Source: a virus. From it: 64,000 nucleotides of DNA. Under the pieces are notes generated by a model. That model had not been told where the DNA came from. It did not search any database and saw nothing but the letters and a program-made list of their open reading frames with translations. The position numbers and the translations under genes are program-made. Of this stretch, positions 1-8,443 are shown piece after piece. The first letter of the stretch is position 1; every line of letters begins with the position of its first letter. The stretch covers positions 34,002 to 98,001 of the IMG/VR virus record IMGVR_UViG_3300022538_000960. One strand, written 5' to 3'.

Positions 1-1281
1 GACGATCCCATGGATTATGTGAATAGATTTGGACGAACAGATAATATTCCTGCAGCTCATATAGATATGGAGCTCGAAATTACAGATCAAGAGAGCATCG
101 GAAAAATATTGAATGGCGTATATCTTACTGTTTCCCAGGGAGCGGATTGTGATGAGGTGAAATGTTCAATTTGTGACCAAAATATTTCTGAAGAAGGCCC
201 ATGTGATCATAAGAGAGGAAGAACCTACGATGGAGAATTAGCCTATTGGATTTTTGGTCCTTTGAATTATCAAGAACTTAGTATTGTTAATGTTCCCTCT
301 GATGAGTTCGCTATCCTTGAGCCTGTAAAAAATACTAATATGGAAAAACAAGAGGTTATGACTTTTCAGCCACCCGCAATGGATATGAACTGCGGCTTGG
401 AATTCATAACAATTAAAGATTCAAAGGAGGACAAATCATTGGCTAAGAAGACTCCGAATTTCGATGATTGGACTGAGGAAGATGTGAAGCTGAGCCAGGA
501 AATATGGAAGCAGGTTGATGAATTCCTGATGGATGGCCTAGAAGAGGAAGATAAGAAACTCACAGCTGCCGCAAGGAAGAAATTATCCGCTAATGTATTT
601 TGTGGACCAGAAAGATCTTTCCCAGTTCCAGATTGTCTTCACTATCGTGTGGCCAAAACATATCTTGGAAGATATAAGGGGCCTGGCGATAAGAAAAAAA
701 TCTTAGCTTGTATTGAGCGGCGCGGTAAACTTCTGAAGTGCGGAACCCAGGCAAAGAAGAAGGACGAACTCTTGGATCAGATCAATGAAGAAGTCAGACC
801 TTTCGTGGAGGAGAATTTCATCGCGAAGGACGAATTTGTTGAACTGAATGAGAAATTCGAGGATATTTCCGCAAAACAAGAAGATTCTGCCGGAGAAGCA
901 GAAATACAGAAAACTAAGATTGGCGGGCTCGAAAAACAAGTAGAGGAATATGAGAAGGAAGTCAAAGATTCCTTAGCCCACCGGATAGTAGATATCCGAC
1001 TTCTCTTTGGTGAGTATCGGTTTACCAAAGAGGATAAGAAAGAGCAATATAAAGAATGGAGTGGTGCATTGGCAGATAGGGCCAAGGAATCTCTGTTGGA
1101 TACATTGACTGATTTGCAAAATAAGATGTTTTCTGGAAAATTGGAACCAGTCATTGATCCCGGTGCTCATACTGTGATTGATAATCTGAATCCTAAACTG
1201 AAAGATAAACCAAAAAAATTCGATTCTACTAAAGATGTCTTACACTTTTTTGTGTTTGGAAAAGAACTAAAAAAAGAATAA
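1..1281 (+). CDS. Prohead (capsid maturation) protease fused to scaffold-like C-terminus; probably 5'-truncated by the window edge
   Basis: Frame is open from base 1. Protease-type motifs YLTVSQG..C.IC...C.H..G..Y and ELSIVNVPSD, then an acidic coiled-coil region. Lies upstream of the capsid genes. Confidence 0.75.
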   Translation, partial: DDPMDYVNRFGRTDNIPAAHIDMELEITDQESIGKILNGVYLTVSQGADCDEVKCSICDQNISEEGPCDHKRGRTYDGELAYWIFGPLNYQELSIVNVPSDEFAILEPVKNTNMEKQEVMTFQPPAMDMNCGLEFITIKDSKEDKSLAKKTPNFDDWTEEDVKLSQEIWKQVDEFLMDGLEEEDKKLTAAARKKLSANVFCGPERSFPVPDCLHYRVAKTYLGRYKGPGDKKKILACIERRGKLLKCGTQAKKKDELLDQINEEVRPFVEENFIAKDEFVELNEKFEDISAKQEDSAGEAEIQKTKIGGLEKQVEEYEKEVKDSLAHRIVDIRLLFGEYRFTKEDKKEQYKEWSGALADRAKESLLDTLTDLQNKMFSGKLEPVIDPGAHTVIDNLNPKLKDKPKKFDSTKDVLHFFVFGKELKKE

Positions 1282-1308
1282 AATTTAATTGAAGGAGGAA
1301 CATTAGTA

Positions 1309-2625
1309 ATGTCCTTACTCGATTTCCCAGGGGATAGAAGCCGAAATATTCCGGCAAGGCGGAGACCTAGTAAATATGCGGAAAGTCAGATACGTCCGAA
1401 TATTTTAACTTCGCCTGGAATTTTTGCTGATCGCCCATTCCCTCCTTACAAATATTTGCCTGTGATGTTCAGGGATGTCACGACCGAAGACTATGTTGTA
1501 CTACTCAAAGGAACTATTGTTTCTTGTCTGTCCAACATGAGTTCGGATCCTAAATATAATTTTACGGATCAGGCGGATTTGTCGGGAAAATTTGATCTTA
1601 TGACACCTTCTGGTTGTGCCGATGAAGGCCATATTTATATTGGTCTTGGCGCAAACAATGTCATGAGGCAAGCGGGCGTAGATAGCTCTTACTGGGGCTA
1701 TGAGGATAGTCAGGCGGGGTTGCTCGTTCCTTGTAATGGAGGATTTGATTCCCAATTGCTGTATACCACTGATGACGTTACCGCCCAGACGATTACTGTG
1801 TCTGGTACCGAGGTTACTACCACCAATGTTACCAATGAGTATACAGTTCCAGTGGAAGCCAATTTCCCAATCGGCGTTACATATCAGGACGTGTACCAGG
1901 ATATTGAAGGAAAATGGCTGAATTATAATTTGAATCCGAAAGCATCATGGGGCGTTGTATTTGACCATGTCATTGCGATTCCTTACGTTGATAACTATCA
2001 GCTGATTCATGGTGAAGGTGCTCATCCCTCTTGGACCAGAAATTGCTACGTGAATGATCGGAATTTCGATCTATCATGGCCATGGCAAACTGACGGAACC
2101 TATACGGGTGCGCATAACATCTATGAAAGTCTTAGACGGGAATTTGCATTCTTGTATTCTCCGATCATATCCGACTATTTGGAGGAAGGGACTTTGACGG
2201 ACGAAACTGCATTGCTTTATAAGATGCTGCGTCCGGGAAGCGCATTGGTCTCTGATAGATTTGGAAAGTTCATTCTATTGGACTGTTGGGGCACTGATGA
2301 TATTGCAACTGCAGAACTTAGAGGCCCAAGAGATGCTTTGAAGTTCTATTTCTGTCCGCCTTATTACTCCGTTGGAAAACTTATTACCACCGATTGTAGA
2401 TTTCCGAAGATGAGACTGGACACTGTTGACACATATCCAGGCTCTGGACTTACCGGAACTGAAACAGGTGGAATAGATTATCATCTATATCAATTTGCAT
2501 ATACTATACTGACTGCGTGCATTGCTGCCAATAGTCTGACTTCTGTTCCGACTATTGAGAATGTTGTAGACTTCATACAATGCGGCACTGTAGGGATGGC
2601 ATACATTAATCTTCAAGTAACCTAA
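1309..2625 (+). CDS. Putative capsid decoration / head structural protein
   Basis: Strong RBS (GAAGGAGG); position between protease/scaffold and major capsid protein; PIGV motif typical of decoration proteins. Confidence 0.5.
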   Translation: MSLLDFPGDRSRNIPARRRPSKYAESQIRPNILTSPGIFADRPFPPYKYLPVMFRDVTTEDYVVLLKGTIVSCLSNMSSDPKYNFTDQADLSGKFDLMTPSGCADEGHIYIGLGANNVMRQAGVDSSYWGYEDSQAGLLVPCNGGFDSQLLYTTDDVTAQTITVSGTEVTTTNVTNEYTVPVEANFPIGVTYQDVYQDIEGKWLNYNLNPKASWGVVFDHVIAIPYVDNYQLIHGEGAHPSWTRNCYVNDRNFDLSWPWQTDGTYTGAHNIYESLRREFAFLYSPIISDYLEEGTLTDETALLYKMLRPGSALVSDRFGKFILLDCWGTDDIATAELRGPRDALKFYFCPPYYSVGKLITTDCRFPKMRLDTVDTYPGSGLTGTETGGIDYHLYQFAYTILTACIAANSLTSVPTIENVVDFIQCGTVGMAYINLQVT

Positions 2626-2640
2626 AGGAGGCTAGCAATA

Positions 2641-4002
2641 ATGAAATTAAAGAAGTTGGAAAAATTGATCCTTACTGACGACGATAGAAAGAAAATTGCC
2701 GAGGATCAAGAGATTACGGAGAATATATATCGCATCTTCACTAATGATGGATATATAGTTGATGCTGGCTTCTCTCAGAAGGTTACGATTAATGACCTTT
2801 TGACATTACCGGATGTCCAAAGGTTCGTACCTCAAGTCGTTACCAGAATTCTTCATGAAGCTCGGGAACCGGCTCTTGTTATTTCGAGCATATTTGATAA
2901 AATTCGACTCGAGAGAGGTCAGACCATTCAAATCGGCGCCATTGGCGCAATAGCTGTTCACGAAGTGCCCGAAGGTGGAGAATACCAGCCATCCGATATC
3001 GTATACGATTCCGGGAATATGGTAGGACTTTCTGTCAGGAAATATGGAACTTTACTCCAATTTACTGAGGAAATGTTCGAAGAATCCCAATGGGACGTTA
3101 TAGGACTTTGGATGAGAGCAGCTGGTCGTGCTTTTGCTCGGAATAGAGAGCAAAGGGCATCTCTGCTTTTGAATGAGCAGGGGGTCGTATACTTCGATAA
3201 CCGTTCGCCAAGTACTGCTATCTCTGGAGTCACCCATGGTAGGAATATCGCGGGTGTCGCAAATGGTAGTATCACAGCGAATGATATATTCGATATGTAT
3301 GCGTTTCTTGCTATGAGGGGCTTTGTGCCTGACACTCTTCTGATTCACCCGTTGGCTTGGGCGGTTTTTGCAACCGATCCTGATATGAAAGAAATTGTTC
3401 TGGAAAATGGACAACTTACTTCTAGAAGGATGCCAGAAGGTGGACCAGATCCGGGTTGGGGAACGGAACTGAATAGACTTGGATGGAGAACCAAGGCTGA
3501 GGGAGTTGGACTCGGTTCTACTACTGGAGCAGGGACTGCTTATGCTGGATGGACTGATCCCAATATTCCTGCAGCCATGCAGAAGATCGGAGCCATCCCT
3601 TATACTACTTATCTGAGTGCTCTTGGGGCTACTTTCAATGTCCAGCCTCGCTATCTACCCGGACCCCTAACTGTTCTCGTGTCTCCATTTGTTCCGTTTA
3701 CTGCATCGACCAGTGCAACTGGCAATGAGAATACTGTTGCCACATGTTCGGTGATCATGTTGGATTCCAGTGCAACCGGAGCTTTCATTGAGAAAACTCC
3801 ATTGACCACGGAGGAATTCAATAATCCGATGACAGATACTCGGAGCCTGAAGCTAAGGGAGCGATGGGGAATGGCACTCTATGAACAGGGTAAAGGTGTT
3901 GTGATTGCTAAGAATCTCGTTGTCACTAGACACTATAATTTCCAGAATACTCATAATGTGACTTTGGGTGAAATCAACGATAGAACTGCAATCGTATCCT
4001 AA
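2641..4002 (+). CDS. Major capsid protein (HK97-like fold)
   Basis: RBS AAGGAGG; 453 aa; motifs EVPEGGEY, VRKYGTLLQFTEEMFEESQWDVI, PDTLLIHPLAW, LKLRERWG; followed by a hairpin. Confidence 0.85.
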   Translation: MKLKKLEKLILTDDDRKKIAEDQEITENIYRIFTNDGYIVDAGFSQKVTINDLLTLPDVQRFVPQVVTRILHEAREPALVISSIFDKIRLERGQTIQIGAIGAIAVHEVPEGGEYQPSDIVYDSGNMVGLSVRKYGTLLQFTEEMFEESQWDVIGLWMRAAGRAFARNREQRASLLLNEQGVVYFDNRSPSTAISGVTHGRNIAGVANGSITANDIFDMYAFLAMRGFVPDTLLIHPLAWAVFATDPDMKEIVLENGQLTSRRMPEGGPDPGWGTELNRLGWRTKAEGVGLGSTTGAGTAYAGWTDPNIPAAMQKIGAIPYTTYLSALGATFNVQPRYLPGPLTVLVSPFVPFTASTSATGNENTVATCSVIMLDSSATGAFIEKTPLTTEEFNNPMTDTRSLKLRERWGMALYEQGKGVVIAKNLVVTRHYNFQNTHNVTLGEINDRTAIVS

Positions 4003-4016
4003 TCACACTGGTAATC

Positions 4017-4039
4017 GGGGGGTGAATTTCTCACCCCCC
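4017..4039 (+). terminator. GC-rich hairpin after the capsid gene (terminator or mRNA-stabilising stem)
   Basis: GGGGGGTGA-atttc-TCACCCCCC, a perfect 9-bp stem; no U-tract follows. Confidence 0.55.
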
Positions 4040-4062
4040 ACTGCCAACGACTGGAGGAAATC

Positions 4063-4530
4063 ATGGCAGAAGATGTGAAACTTCAAGGAAAATTTATTCA
4101 GCTCAATACTAGGAGAGAGGGAATGTTTTATGATCCCTTGTCGGGGATCCAGATGGATGTTTTTGACAAAGGAACATATAAGGTAATTCCTAAAGATTTG
4201 GAAGACGAAAAGCTGGAGAATATTAAACGGGCATTACAATTTGGTATTCTATTCCTCAAAGAAGTTGCTCCTAAAGTTGTTGTCGATAATGATCAAAAGA
4301 CGCAGCAACTAAGGAACATATTGGCAATGAATGTTGATGCAGTTAGGAGTAGAGTATATAAAGTTAATGATCAAAAACTTTTGGATTTTCTGATGCAGGA
4401 GGAAGAAGCTGGTAAAAACCGAGTTTCTATTATTAAACTAATAAAATATAGAAAACAATCATTGGCTAGTGGAAATATAACAGCCAGGAAGGAAGCAAAG
4501 TACCAGATTAAGAATATCGTGGAGAAATAA
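4063..4530 (+). CDS. Hypothetical head-associated protein
   Basis: RBS GGAGG; 155 aa directly after the capsid gene; C-terminal E..GKNR.SII motif. Confidence 0.6.
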   Translation: MAEDVKLQGKFIQLNTRREGMFYDPLSGIQMDVFDKGTYKVIPKDLEDEKLENIKRALQFGILFLKEVAPKVVVDNDQKTQQLRNILAMNVDAVRSRVYKVNDQKLLDFLMQEEEAGKNRVSIIKLIKYRKQSLASGNITARKEAKYQIKNIVEK

Positions 4531-4535
4531 AAAAT

Positions 4536-5396
4536 ATGACTGAAGTATTATCCACTTCTCCGAGTGCTGGTGAAGTAAATGTACCATTAACTCAGATTGT
4601 CGAAGTGAAATTCGACGAACCTATGGATCCGTCAACTATAAATGAGTTGACGATCTTGCTATATTATGGGGATAATGTAGTTGTTTCTGGTACTGTCAAA
4701 TATTCAAACTCTACAATGATTGCGTATTTGACACCATCAACATACTTACTCCCAAGTACAGAATATGGCGTGATGGTAATTGGCGACTTTGGAGGATTGG
4801 GATCTGGTGTTAGATCAATAGAAGGGGTTGGATTAGCTTCTAATTATCTATTTTCATTCACCACCGCTCCCGAATTGCCGGAGACTTCTGGTCTGTATGT
4901 TGCAAAGGTTGAGTATTGGATTGATACGACTGGAGTATTTGATGCCGGATCATCCTGTAATCCAACTGATGGATCATATGATTCAGATTGGGAGAGCTTC
5001 TATGCGAATATTGATATTTCCCTATTAGCTACCGGCGATCACTCGGTCTATGTTCACGGAAAAGATTCATTCGATAATTGGGGAGCGATGCAATCAATTC
5101 CGTTTACTGTGACATCCGGAAGCTACCAAAGTAGTTATACTCAGATAGATTACGATCCCAATTATGAAGGACCATTTGTATTTGGATTGACTGTGACACC
5201 AACTCCTACGGCCGGTGCACCCGCGCTCAATCTTGTTGGAACTGCGACTACAAGAACAGCCTATTGGGAATCCCCCGTGGAGCCAGAAACCGAGCGGAGT
5301 GGATATTTGCAAGTGCGATCTGTAAATCCTGAGAACTATGATTCCCAGGTTTCACCATATATTCCAATAACCATAATATTCAGCGATAATTTATAA
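4536..5396 (+). CDS. Ig-like (Big_5/SbsA-type) virion protein; ends in the first half of a second Ig domain
   Basis: N-terminal VLSTSP..GEVNVP....EVKFDEPMD...YLFSFTT is a complete Big_5-like domain. C-terminal LQVRSVNPEN....PITIIFSDNL is the start of another copy. Confidence 0.7.
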   Translation: MTEVLSTSPSAGEVNVPLTQIVEVKFDEPMDPSTINELTILLYYGDNVVVSGTVKYSNSTMIAYLTPSTYLLPSTEYGVMVIGDFGGLGSGVRSIEGVGLASNYLFSFTTAPELPETSGLYVAKVEYWIDTTGVFDAGSSCNPTDGSYDSDWESFYANIDISLLATGDHSVYVHGKDSFDNWGAMQSIPFTVTSGSYQSSYTQIDYDPNYEGPFVFGLTVTPTPTAGAPALNLVGTATTRTAYWESPVEPETERSGYLQVRSVNPENYDSQVSPYIPITIIFSDNL

Positions 5397-5437
5397 AGAT
5401 GATTATATGTGATCATTAAATATTAGGATAGCAGACT

Positions 5438-5794
5438 ATGGACAATGACACCAAATTAATACTTGATAGAATAGAGGATCTTAAAAGTTATACAGTTGAA
5501 CGGACAAATGATTTAAAAAAGTTTTACAATGGGAAAATTAATCAATTTAAAGAATTCTATACTGCATCTAGACTTGACATGAAGGAAGATATTGGGGAAA
5601 TAAAACAGAGCAATAAAGAAGTATCGGAAACACTGGATAATTATGTAACCAATCATCAGCGGCATCACAATAAAATCTTAAAGTGGCAGACTAAAATAAT
5701 AATAATTGTTGCAGTAATTGGATTTTTGGCCTCTATAGGGAATCCTTTCGTGCTACCAATAATTATGAAATTTATCTTCGGAATAACATTATAA
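5438..5794 (+). CDS. Small coiled-coil protein with C-terminal transmembrane helix (holin/XhlA-like)
   Basis: Heptad-rich N-terminus, then IIIIVAVIGFLASIG; TAATG coupling to the HNH gene. Confidence 0.45.
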   Translation: MDNDTKLILDRIEDLKSYTVERTNDLKKFYNGKINQFKEFYTASRLDMKEDIGEIKQSNKEVSETLDNYVTNHQRHHNKILKWQTKIIIIVAVIGFLASIGNPFVLPIIMKFIFGITL

Positions 5795-6429
5795 TGTCCT
5801 TTCAAAAAGGAAATCAGATCTGGAAGTTAAAAAAGAGAATCGGATGCTGGTCAAGAAGATATGATTGCTGTCAAAAATGTGGGACTACCGAAATCAAACA
5901 TTGGGCTAAAGGATTGTGCGAAAAATGTTATTTGAAATTAATGGCTCCACGTATGAAACAACAAAATTTGATAAATTCCAGGAAAAGAAATGAAACAGAT
6001 CATAGACGGCAATATATGAAAGACTATGAGCAGGATCCAAAAAATAGGGAAATTATAAAAAGTCGGCGGCAAAGTATAAAATATAGAAATAAAAGAAAAG
6101 AGTATGAACAATCGCCAATAGGAAAAGATCGCAATAGGCAAAATGCGAATCGATATAAAGCCGCAAAGTTATTTGTAGATTTCTGGCAGCCTTGGATGAC
6201 TGAAAGATGGTGGTGGATGATAGATGTAACAGAAGGATATTGTCCAAATTGTGGGAAGTTATTCGATGATGGCGGTCATAAATTGACAATGGATCATATA
6301 ATTCCATTAAATTTGGTGGACAAGTTAGGAAAAGATAAAGCTGTTGAAATTGGTGCAATTCACCACATAAATAATATTCAGGTGTTGTGCAAGAGTTGTA
6401 ACAGTTCGAAAAATGGTAGAATAATATAA
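5794..6429 (+). CDS. HNH (His-Cys) homing endonuclease 1
   Basis: CPNCG...LTMDHIIPL...HHINNIQVLCKSCNSSKN; N-terminal Cys cluster CCQKCG...GLCEKCY. Confidence 0.85.
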   Translation: MSFQKGNQIWKLKKRIGCWSRRYDCCQKCGTTEIKHWAKGLCEKCYLKLMAPRMKQQNLINSRKRNETDHRRQYMKDYEQDPKNREIIKSRRQSIKYRNKRKEYEQSPIGKDRNRQNANRYKAAKLFVDFWQPWMTERWWWMIDVTEGYCPNCGKLFDDGGHKLTMDHIIPLNLVDKLGKDKAVEIGAIHHINNIQVLCKSCNSSKNGRII

Positions 6430-6434
6430 TCTCT

Positions 6435-7190
6435 ATGAACTATCAAGATTTCATTTTTATTCGCCAGTACAACGTTCTGGCTGGAATTTATGAGAGTGAT
6501 GTTTCTGGAACATTCACCCTCGCCGAAAATATTGTTACATTCACTCCGGCTTGTCCTTGGCCATATAATAAAGAAATCCACATCACTATTGAAGCCGGTC
6601 TAGAGGGAGTAAGTACGAATGCTCTGCAAGCTGACTATGAGAGCATCTTTACTACTGTGTTCTATCCGCTCTATTCCAGCGCCATACTTGTAAAGATGAC
6701 CGGGGGAGCATTATTGGATGCAATGAAAGAAGATCCGATTAATAGGCTGATACTCGAGCATTCGATTATAATGCAGAATCTGTGGTATGAAGATATTGAT
6801 GATTGTGATATCCGTTGGTTCATTCCTCGGTATGTCACCTGCAAAGTTGCATATGAGATATTATCCGGAAATATTCAGCAGTTTGTTGGAACTGCGATAT
6901 CAAAACGGCTGGGTGATTTTGAAATTGAAGGAATTCGGGATGTGCCAGGTCTTGTCCGACCCAAGTTGCAGGAATTAGACGCGTGTATCGCTTCGACCAT
7001 GGCTTTCATTTTGAATCAGGGCAAATTGCATGCTGAGCCAAGGTGGAGTGCCAGAGCAAAGCAGGCTCTGGAATCGTCCACACATCTCAATAGAGTTCCA
7101 TTTCGGCAGCCAAGTACGAGGGATATGGAAGATATTAGTTCAGAGAGGTATTACACGGATGGGCCTGGCCCAAAAAGGATCAGATTTTAA
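6435..7190 (+). CDS. Head-tail connector/neck protein; begins with the second half of an Ig domain
   Basis: N-terminal VSGTFTL..NIVTFTP...AGL.G...L..DY...FTT completes a Big_5-like domain; then YVTCKVAY and SKRLGDFEI; neck-gene synteny. Confidence 0.6.
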   Translation: MNYQDFIFIRQYNVLAGIYESDVSGTFTLAENIVTFTPACPWPYNKEIHITIEAGLEGVSTNALQADYESIFTTVFYPLYSSAILVKMTGGALLDAMKEDPINRLILEHSIIMQNLWYEDIDDCDIRWFIPRYVTCKVAYEILSGNIQQFVGTAISKRLGDFEIEGIRDVPGLVRPKLQELDACIASTMAFILNQGKLHAEPRWSARAKQALESSTHLNRVPFRQPSTRDMEDISSERYYTDGPGPKRIRF

Positions 7191-7206
7191 TGTATAAAAG
7201 GTGTCC

Positions 7207-7719
7207 ATGATGACAAGATACAGTTCGCAATATCAACCATATAAGCGGTTCGGGCCGGGATTAATTGATTTGCGTGCAGAACTGAAAAAGCTATTTGAGA
7301 TTGATAAAACCGCTCATTGGGTAATTTTGCGACAATTTGACAAGACAAAACCAACTGAACATTTGAATCCATTGACAAAAGAGGCTGTTGGCGGCCCTGC
7401 GTGGGAGTATGACGATCAATTAATTCTTGCCAGGAGATCTTCGGGGAGACAAGTTTTTTTTCCGGGAAGTCAGGAGTCATTCACTCCACCCGGATTAATG
7501 GATAATACTGAATTTAGATTTTATCTGACTTCTGATGTTACACCATACTTGGAAGATGTAATTTATGAAATAGAGTATCAGGGGGATAAAAAACCCACTA
7601 CTGTTGATTTGCCATTCGTAGCTAAATGGAATATTATAACTATAGTTCCCCTAAGAGAGCAGGAGTATGGGCGTGTAGAATATTGGATTTGTTTCGTGTC
7701 GGCAGAAGGGCACAAATAA
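7207..7719 (+). CDS. Putative head-closure/neck protein
   Basis: Synteny between connector and tail completion genes; C-terminal R...GRVEYW motif. Confidence 0.5.
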   Translation: MMTRYSSQYQPYKRFGPGLIDLRAELKKLFEIDKTAHWVILRQFDKTKPTEHLNPLTKEAVGGPAWEYDDQLILARRSSGRQVFFPGSQESFTPPGLMDNTEFRFYLTSDVTPYLEDVIYEIEYQGDKKPTTVDLPFVAKWNIITIVPLREQEYGRVEYWICFVSAEGHK

Positions 7720-7735
7720 TTGAACCCGATGAATT

Positions 7736-8425
7736 ATGAATTATGAAGAATATTTAAGACGATTTCTAATTAAACCGATTATCCTATCTGAAGTACCTGA
7801 ATGGATCTCAGATAACATTATTGATCCGGAGAGATTGCGTTTAGGTCAATCTGGAAATATAGCTGATTTTTTTGCAATTTTTTATGCCATTATGAAATTG
7901 GATTCTCCGAGTATTGTGACATGTCCGGCATATCCTGATGCTGTCATACAAAATAAGAATTTTACTCCGACTTTGGATAATCCAGTTCCAAAAATACCTG
8001 CAATTATCACTTGGAAGGTTGTTCGAAGGGCTCCCGCTGCGATCCGGGGGAAGCCATTCAATTCGCAACGACAGGTGAAACCGCGGACAATGGAGGAGGT
8101 TGCAAAAAATAAGAGATATTCTTATATATCAACTATAGTTCAAGATTTTGATAACATTGTACAGTTTGATTGCTGGGAGAAAACTCATTATCAGGCTGAG
8201 ATTTTGGCCGATTATATTGAACACAGTATGGTCATCTATGCTCAATTATTTAAAGAATTTGGAGTTAAGGAGCTGTTTTTCAGCGAAAGGCCGGAAGACG
8301 AAGTACTGAGAGATTTTAAAATTCCAGTGATCCCGATGCGTTACTATGTAAAAACTGAAACCATATATAAATTAGAAAGACATAAAATAGAGGAAATAAG
8401 ACTAAAATTAACTACAAAATCGTAA
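7736..8425 (+). CDS. Putative tail completion/terminator protein
   Basis: Immediately upstream of the sheath; motifs QDFDNIVQFDCW and YYVKTE. Confidence 0.5.
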   Translation: MNYEEYLRRFLIKPIILSEVPEWISDNIIDPERLRLGQSGNIADFFAIFYAIMKLDSPSIVTCPAYPDAVIQNKNFTPTLDNPVPKIPAIITWKVVRRAPAAIRGKPFNSQRQVKPRTMEEVAKNKRYSYISTIVQDFDNIVQFDCWEKTHYQAEILADYIEHSMVIYAQLFKEFGVKELFFSERPEDEVLRDFKIPVIPMRYYVKTETIYKLERHKIEEIRLKLTTKS

Positions 8426-8443
8426 TTAAGGAGGTTTTGATTA

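Noticed and set aside
5397-6434. Group I intron explaining the split Ig domain
   Set aside because: The insert is almost entirely two ORFs; no room for, or sign of, P/Q/R/S core elements.
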